Assembly: GCA_000934665.2 (NCBI GenBank)
Contig: JYFJ02000538.1
Location: 62,001-124,480, forward strand
Direction: 5' to 3'
DNA from: Catajapyx aquilonaris
Taxonomy: Eukaryota
DNA length: 62,480 bases
Shown here: positions 48,015 to 62,480 of the stretch, in pieces
How positions within the stretch are numbered: the first letter of the stretch is position 1
Layout: each line of letters begins with the position of its first letter
Notes under the pieces: generated by a model
What the model was told of the DNA's origin: nothing
The model's database searches: none
What the model saw: the letters and a program-made list of their open reading frames with translations, nothing else
Made by a program: the position numbers and the translations under genes

Positions 48015-50158
48015 GTCAGCTGGTGTGAAAGCTCCATCCCGAGTCCCCCTCCTGCGCTGCTGGGTCCATCCCTCCTTCCTCCTCCATTGTGTCCGCCGCT
48101 GAACCTCATTCGCCCCCGAATTAGGCCAGATTACTGGACCCAACCATACAAAAACAGCCCTTTCATCCAGCTACAAACTTCCTGCGATTAATCCGTCTGC
48201 GTCCTTCAGTTCATACCACCCAGTTTCAAGCCTCCTTCCCCCAACAGAACGGGGATACCCCCTCCCACAAAAAACGGGATTCTGCTCAGCCCCGGGGCCA
48301 GGAAGTGTCACTTCCCGGGCGATGCAGCGCTACACTCGACGCCCTACCAGAACCGCGAATGTGGCACTCTTTTCCAGCCAGTCCGGAGGTTCTGGAGGCC
48401 CGGAACCCGGTGAAATCCTGGCTGAGATACGGGAGAACAAACTGTCTCACATCGGCTCGTCCGCCATTAGCAAAACACCGATTTCATTTGTTTTTCTTTC
48501 AGGAGAGGATGCGGCGGCGTTGCCAGATCAGCTGCTTCTCCTTGTGGAGGGAAATTCAACGCGATAAAATAATGACGAAATGAAGTTTATTAGCTGGAGA
48601 ATACAATGTCACCAATGCTGGTTGCAATAGTTGGTTATAATGGAGCAACCTGGCCTAAAACTAGGACACATAACACAAGTACAGTCACAGTACAATATTT
48701 TAAAACGAAATAAAAGTTTTGCATCAAATTAACGAAAATTTGAACCCGCAACAATGTCAAAAATAATTCCCAGAGGTGCAACAAAGCCTAATAAAATTCA
48801 AGATTTTATTTTGAATGCAAGCTGTCCCTATTGCAATGCTGTGGTTGAATGCGAATTGCAGAATTAAGACGAGGAATTTATTTGCAAAATCTCAGGATGT
48901 ACCCTACATATTTCAAATAGCATTTCCCCCATTATTTTGTAAATGTACTTTCTGGTAAAATGATTAAGCTAGCAGTGAATAATGCTGTATTGACTGTTTT
49001 AGTTCAGGCGATTCGGTTCAAATGTGCAAAAGGCTGCCCAGAATTTTACGAGGCTTTTTAAAACCAGTGACTAATTCTGTGTAGGCTAAAGGACTGTAAT
49101 TGGCAGTACATAGGGCAGGAAAGATGTGCAACCCTGGCGAAACTAATTACAGACTTGTGACATTTCACATTTTGTTCCTATATGAAATAGTCTGCATCAA
49201 TATATCCCATTACCATATGAAACGTACAAGAGAATGTCCCATGGAAACGCCCTTGGCAGAACTACGAAAACCAAACACGACTATTTAGCTTGCCATAAAA
49301 ATAAACTGCAAAAGCACGGAGATATTGATCAATATCAGTCAGTTATCGAGCATCCATGGCATTATTTCGCCATCAGAGCAAGTTGTTCGAATTGTATTGG
49401 TTGAAAAAAAAATCACATTGCCATGCAATGATGTGTCACTTTGGCGAGTTTTGCACGTCACGTATGGGCAGTCCAGACGCTATGGCAACCCCGCCCCGAC
49501 AAAAGTACGCAAACGCCAGCAGGTGCCTGATAATCATAGCCACTGATAAACGCCGAAAGACTCCTGGCACGTACGCAACCGCCCGACGTCAGGCGATACC
49601 GTCGAATGTATGACATGTCAGCTAGTTAAACGTTCGTTTTTCCCGGTTTTATTAGTTTTCTACCATTCCCCTGGCGGAAAAGCCACGCAACAGTCTGGGG
49701 AACGTCACGCAAAATCGCTTCGCTCTCAAAAGTAGCCGCTATCATCGCTGCGCTTAGTCCAGCCTAGCCGCTATCGTTGCACCCAAGCTTGTTATTAATT
49801 GTTAACGCTGATGCAATTGCTTAGTGACACGATTTCCGATAAAAACCACAAATGTAACAATGCGTCTATTTTTTTTACTCATGTGGTTCCTCGTTCCATG
49901 AATGCAGACCAATTTTCCACTTTGTAGCGCTTTGTAGCAGTTAGCACCGCTACATGATCGCGTTTAATCCCTTCCCAGCCACCAACCCGGTTGTCGCATT
50001 GGTGACGTCACTTCCCTCCGCCCCCCCCAAATCGGCTGCCCCCTAGCCCCTCACCCCTCCCGCCCTCAAAAAAAAGAGAGAGGCGGGTGGAGGAGGGAGA
50101 AGGAAGGAAGGAAGGAAGGAAAGAGGAGCTGGGCTGGGAGTGAGGGAGAGAAGGAAAA

Positions 50159-58272
<8,114 letters not shown>

Positions 58273-59123
58273 AAAGAGGTGGAAGTGTAATTCTTAAGTG
58301 GGTTGCGGAGTCAGGTGTACATATTATATGATATTAGCACCTTAGAACTTGCTTCTTTTGATCGAGTTGTGGGGAGGAGAATTGTGGTATACACTTAATA
58401 AACTGCGGACCTGCTTTTTGTGCAGGATAAAGTCGCCTCTAATATTGTCGTTTTACATGGCCAGCGTAGGAAAGAGGAAATTGTTGCGTTTATTGGGATG
58501 CCGTCTGAGCAGCGCTGTAACATGTTAATTTATTAACCGGTAAATTATGTTTCACTTTTTCCGGTAACAATTTTGTTCTTGATCTGTTTACACCTAGGTT
58601 CGCGTAGCCAGATTCCTATATATTCTTCTCTTTCTGGCGGCCACCTTGTTGTGTGAGAACTGTACATTCAGACGCCCCCGAAGGGAATAAATTTACCAGT
58701 TTACTTGTGCATTGCAGTGTTATCTAACTTGAAATTATTTGTTCCTTTTATAGACTGCCAAAAATTCCCCAAAGTCAATGGCTTGAGAATGGCATAATAA
58801 ATTTCTACTGCCGAAAATTGGTCAACAAGACATCCAATATGATCGCGAGGTGACAGATCCGTCACGTTAGATGGGAACCTGGCAGAGCCTGTCATGTTTG
58901 CCGTATGCCATATCTAATTGCAGAAGTTACCAGCAGGGATCTTGTGCTAACCAGGAAAATAATGTGCCTTCCCTCCTTTGGTGATGCCTGAAACTGACTT
59001 CCTCTATCTGTAACAGCTTCATGAAGTCTTGAAACAAACAGAAACAAGTTTGCAAAACAACATGCTTTTAAATATACAAACACCGGTACAAAATTAGGAT
59101 ATTTCACATTTCAGAGGCACATT

Positions 59124-61976
59124 TCACAGGTTTTCATCAAAAAAGCGATGGTTCGAGTCCTTACGGATTTGGCGTATTTCAGACCTCAGCGCCCTCACTT
59201 CTTGCAAAAGGGCAACATTAGTCTGTTGGAGAACTTCGTAGTCCTCCTGGAAGAGGGAGAAAAATGATAACTTCGCCTTTGTAACTTTACAATTATGCAG
59301 CATACCTGCAGTTGCAAATAGTTCTTGGTGTCAACCACACGGAAACTAAAAAGAAGCTTTCGGAGTTCGTATAAATCATCCTCAATCCTCGAGAGCTGAG
59401 GTTGATATAAACTATTGACAGGAGCTGGATTGATATCTGGTTGTGGGTGGGCATCAGCTGCATCTAATTCATCTCTTGAAGGTTGTACAAGCTCTGAAGA
59501 GATGCCATTGTGAAGGGTCACTTGTCCATTTACAAGGACTGGAGGTTGTGGATCTGGAGTTGTAGCTTTGCTGACTGGTTTCAGGACTTCCTTAGCATCA
59601 GTACGGGCTGTCTCTGTCGGGTTGTCATTCACATCCCTGTGACTGCAAGTGGAAACTTTTCTCAATATTCACAAAATGATGTTGGTTACAGCAGACGTAA
59701 CCAGGTTTGAGACACAATTTGCAACAGTGCAGCATCAATATTTATAGCACAGGGTCAACACTTTTCTCTTACTCTTGTTGCTGCACCTTCTCCACCCCAG
59801 GTTCTCCGGTCACTTCCAGCATCTCATCTGGAGAGTCCAAGTATTGTAAGTAGGAGTTGAAACGGAGACTGGACCTCGAAGATCCGTGCGATCCATGCAG
59901 CGGGGAGATGAATCCTTCCAGTGAATTCCTTCCGCTCAATGGTGAATTCGTGTCTTCTGCTCGAAACAACAACAGGAGTAGTTTTACTGTCCTTCATGTA
60001 GGCCAAGCCAAACACTGCATGCACTGCTTTCAGACGTATGAATTATAATTACAGTAAAACCTCAGTATAACAATCTTCAAGGGACCATCCAAAAGTAGTG
60101 TTATAAGAGGGAAAATTTACCTCATGGAAATGATCAAGGGACTGGAAAAAAATTGCCATTAAAAGCGGGAAAGTGGTACATACACAAGGTTGCCACAGGC
60201 TTCCCATTTTTAATTTCCCTGACTTTTCCCTGACTTTTCCCTGACCTTTTATCAAAATTCCCTGACCTTTCAACATACCCATAGCAAGCTCAAAAAACCC
60301 ATTCCAAAAAAGAACACAGCAAGGGGTGTAAATCAGACGCATTTTTGGTTTTTGTTTTGTTTAATGAAACGCATGCCGGCCCGCAATGATAATCACATGT
60401 ACAAACTGAGACGGTCCTATCCGCGACTGACGTTAGGTCAGCGATTTTAAACACATTTTCCCTGACCCATTTTCAAATTCCCTGACTTTTCACTGATTTC
60501 CCTGACCATTTTTTTATTCCCTGACTTTTCAAGGATTTCAAGGATTTCAAGGTCTGTGGCAGGAGCATTATAGCGAGGTTTTACTGTACATGATTACAAT
60601 CCGTATTACTTTACAATGGGTAGTGCAAGCATACCTGCTGGAGTACTCTGATTAGGTGCTGCCTTGACTTCTTGCGGAAAGACATCATCATCCATCTCTC
60701 CAGAGTCAATTGATGCCATGCTTTCATGCAGGATGGCATCAGCTCTCTGGGACAGCTTCTGCAGACGCTTGCCCTTTGATGCAGCAGAGGATGTGCTTCC
60801 TCGGCTTTTCCTTCTGGGCAGTGTTGGCTGAGTCCTCAACACTGTCACTGATGTTGGGTGTGCTTCAAATGTCTGCAGCGGGCTGGAAGATTGTCGTAAG
60901 TCATATGTAATCACTTGACCTTTGGTGGTGCCCACTGCCAGGGTTATCCCATCCTGAAGCATGTCGATTGACATAAGTGATGACCCCACTGGGAAGCACT
61001 TGATCTTCTGTCGCATCTGAATGTCAAAGCAGCACAGGTTCTGATCAAGTCCAGTTGTGATGAGCAGTGTTGAGTTTAGAGGAGAAAAAACTAAGCAAGT
61101 GGCTGGAGCCTTGTGGACATCTTCCCATGTGTGCAGATGTTGAGCTGTTGCCCAATCCCACAGGGAAACATCCCCTTCCTCTGAAGTTGTACCCAACAAG
61201 TGCAAAGCCACACGACTCATTCGGAGGCACATGACACTCTTAACTGCCTGGTGAGATTTGTTCATGACGCCAGTACGTTGTCCAGTGACCATCCCAAACA
61301 TGCTTATCTCACCCTTGGAGGTCGATGCAATTAGGGTTGTGTCTCGCGTGTTGAAGGCAACTCCTGATACACTGCATGATTCGTCGACTACAATCTCCTT
61401 ACGAGGACGGTGAAAACGAGTGTCCCAGAGAAGGGCTTTGCCAGTCCGGCTGCCAATTGCAAGAAGGTTGCTGTTGGTGTTTGTGAAGCACAAGCGCTTT
61501 GCCCCAGCCTGGAAGTATATCATTCTCAGTGTGATAGCTAGCATGGGTGATATCAAAAACCTACCAGCTCAGGCATTTTACCACTGGTAAGTTCCGTCGT
61601 CTTTCCCTGCACATCTTCTAGAGTCACAACACCCTTTTCTTCCACTGCGGATGCAAAAATCTTCCCATCTTGGCTCCAAACCACATCACTCACCAATACT
61701 GTAATGTGAAAATATGGCTCAGATAATTCTGACAGAACACTTGATCTAAGCCATGCTTCATCCATCTAAGATTCTAAGTCTTAGGCAAGGGTACGGAGGA
61801 TAGCAGGATTTAATTTTGTATCAGTTCTGTCTAATTTCTGACTCTATGTTTCAAGCAGTGGTAAAGTTACAAGTGTAACATCTCTTTTGTAAATATACTA
61901 CAACACTATAAGCTCCAGCTTTTACCACAGATTTGCAAACATTCATAACTCTTCAGCAATACTTACTTGGCTCCAT
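59124..61976 (-). CDS. NEDD1: NEDD1/Grip71-like WD40 gamma-tubulin-targeting protein (about 552 aa; 5' end uncertain)
   Basis: Exons 61967-61976 (tentative), 61565-61698, 60635-61508, 59773-59959, 59306-59636 and 59124-59246. WD40 repeats include HKAPATCLVFSPLNSTLLITTGLDQ and DGITLAVGTTKGQVITYDLR...FEAHPTSV. The C-terminal coiled coil reads NVALLQEVRALRSEIRQIR. Confidence 0.75.
60052..60586. mobile_element. Tigger-like MITE with a nested TTCCCTGAC-repeat element
   Basis: Outer TA|CAGTAAAACCTC ... GAGGTTTTACTG|TA. The inner segment (about 60185-60562) is bounded by GGTTGCCACAG / CTGTGGCAG and carries about 8 TTCCCTGAC motifs in two clusters. Confidence 0.75.
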
Positions 61977-62480
61977 AAAATACAATAAAATTACATATGT
62001 CAACAGCAATGAACCTCTAACTTTGGCTTCACCTCAGTCTCCTGCATGCATCAAGACAATATGTGATAACCACAATGCAATAACACAATCACTTTTGAAG
62101 GTTGAAGACTAATGTTCCACCTGCAAGCAGTGGTGGGCAGCAATAAGGTGGGGCAACATTATGTAAAAGTCTGCAAGCAACCCACACCAAACCCTTGTCA
62201 ACCTATTACATGCCTCAACACCTAACTTATGACCTTGGAGCACATAATGAAACAACCAATGAAACAGACTTCAATACCCATATTAAAAGCAGCTTTTGTT
62301 GCTATGCTCATTTCATCTACTCCCACATTAAGACAGCTGATGATGACTATTTCTCTACTGACAACAATTCAACCTCCCCATCAAGTCAATTGTAATTTGT
62401 GCTGAGTCTGCACAGCTTTGGCATTCAACTGGCTGAAAGGTTCTGTGAAACATTTGTGGTACTAGCTGGGCTATACAGGG

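Noticed and set aside
60200..60535. Repeated TTCCCTGAC motifs as a CRISPR-like or iteron array
   Set aside because: The motifs are short and irregularly spaced subterminal repeats inside a nested eukaryotic transposon, with no spacer structure or cas genes.

Overview
Eukaryotic, intron-rich genomic DNA from an animal, probably an arthropod (inferred from gene and repeat content, not provable here). It is not prokaryotic, and I found no CRISPR arrays, rRNA genes or intact tRNA genes. I assembled seven spliced genes by hand from splice sites and exon phases. On the minus strand: UBA1 (ubiquitin E1), PSMD2/Rpn1, a C2H2 zinc-finger gene built on a Mutator (MULE) transposase DNA-binding domain, an enlarged SKAP1/2-like PH-SH3 adaptor, FRMD4A/B-like, and a NEDD1/Grip71-like WD40 gene. 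On the plus strand: USP15/USP4/USP11-like. Introns and intergenic DNA hold many MITEs (Tc1/pogo, PIF/Harbinger, piggyBac-like), a decayed Tc1 element, two tRNA-derived SINEs and an RTE 5' fragment. Main leads: (1) three phase-compatible alternative first exons of UBA1, one NLS-bearing and one starting MGSVCS, which suggests a lipid-anchored E1; (2) an apparently domesticated, DDE-less MULE zinc-finger gene ending in an HCF-1-binding DHNY motif; (3) an in-frame TAG inside FRMD4, upstream of about 250 apparently conserved codons and a PDZ ligand, making it a readthrough candidate. Gene identities rest on my recall of the protein families; no database searches were run.
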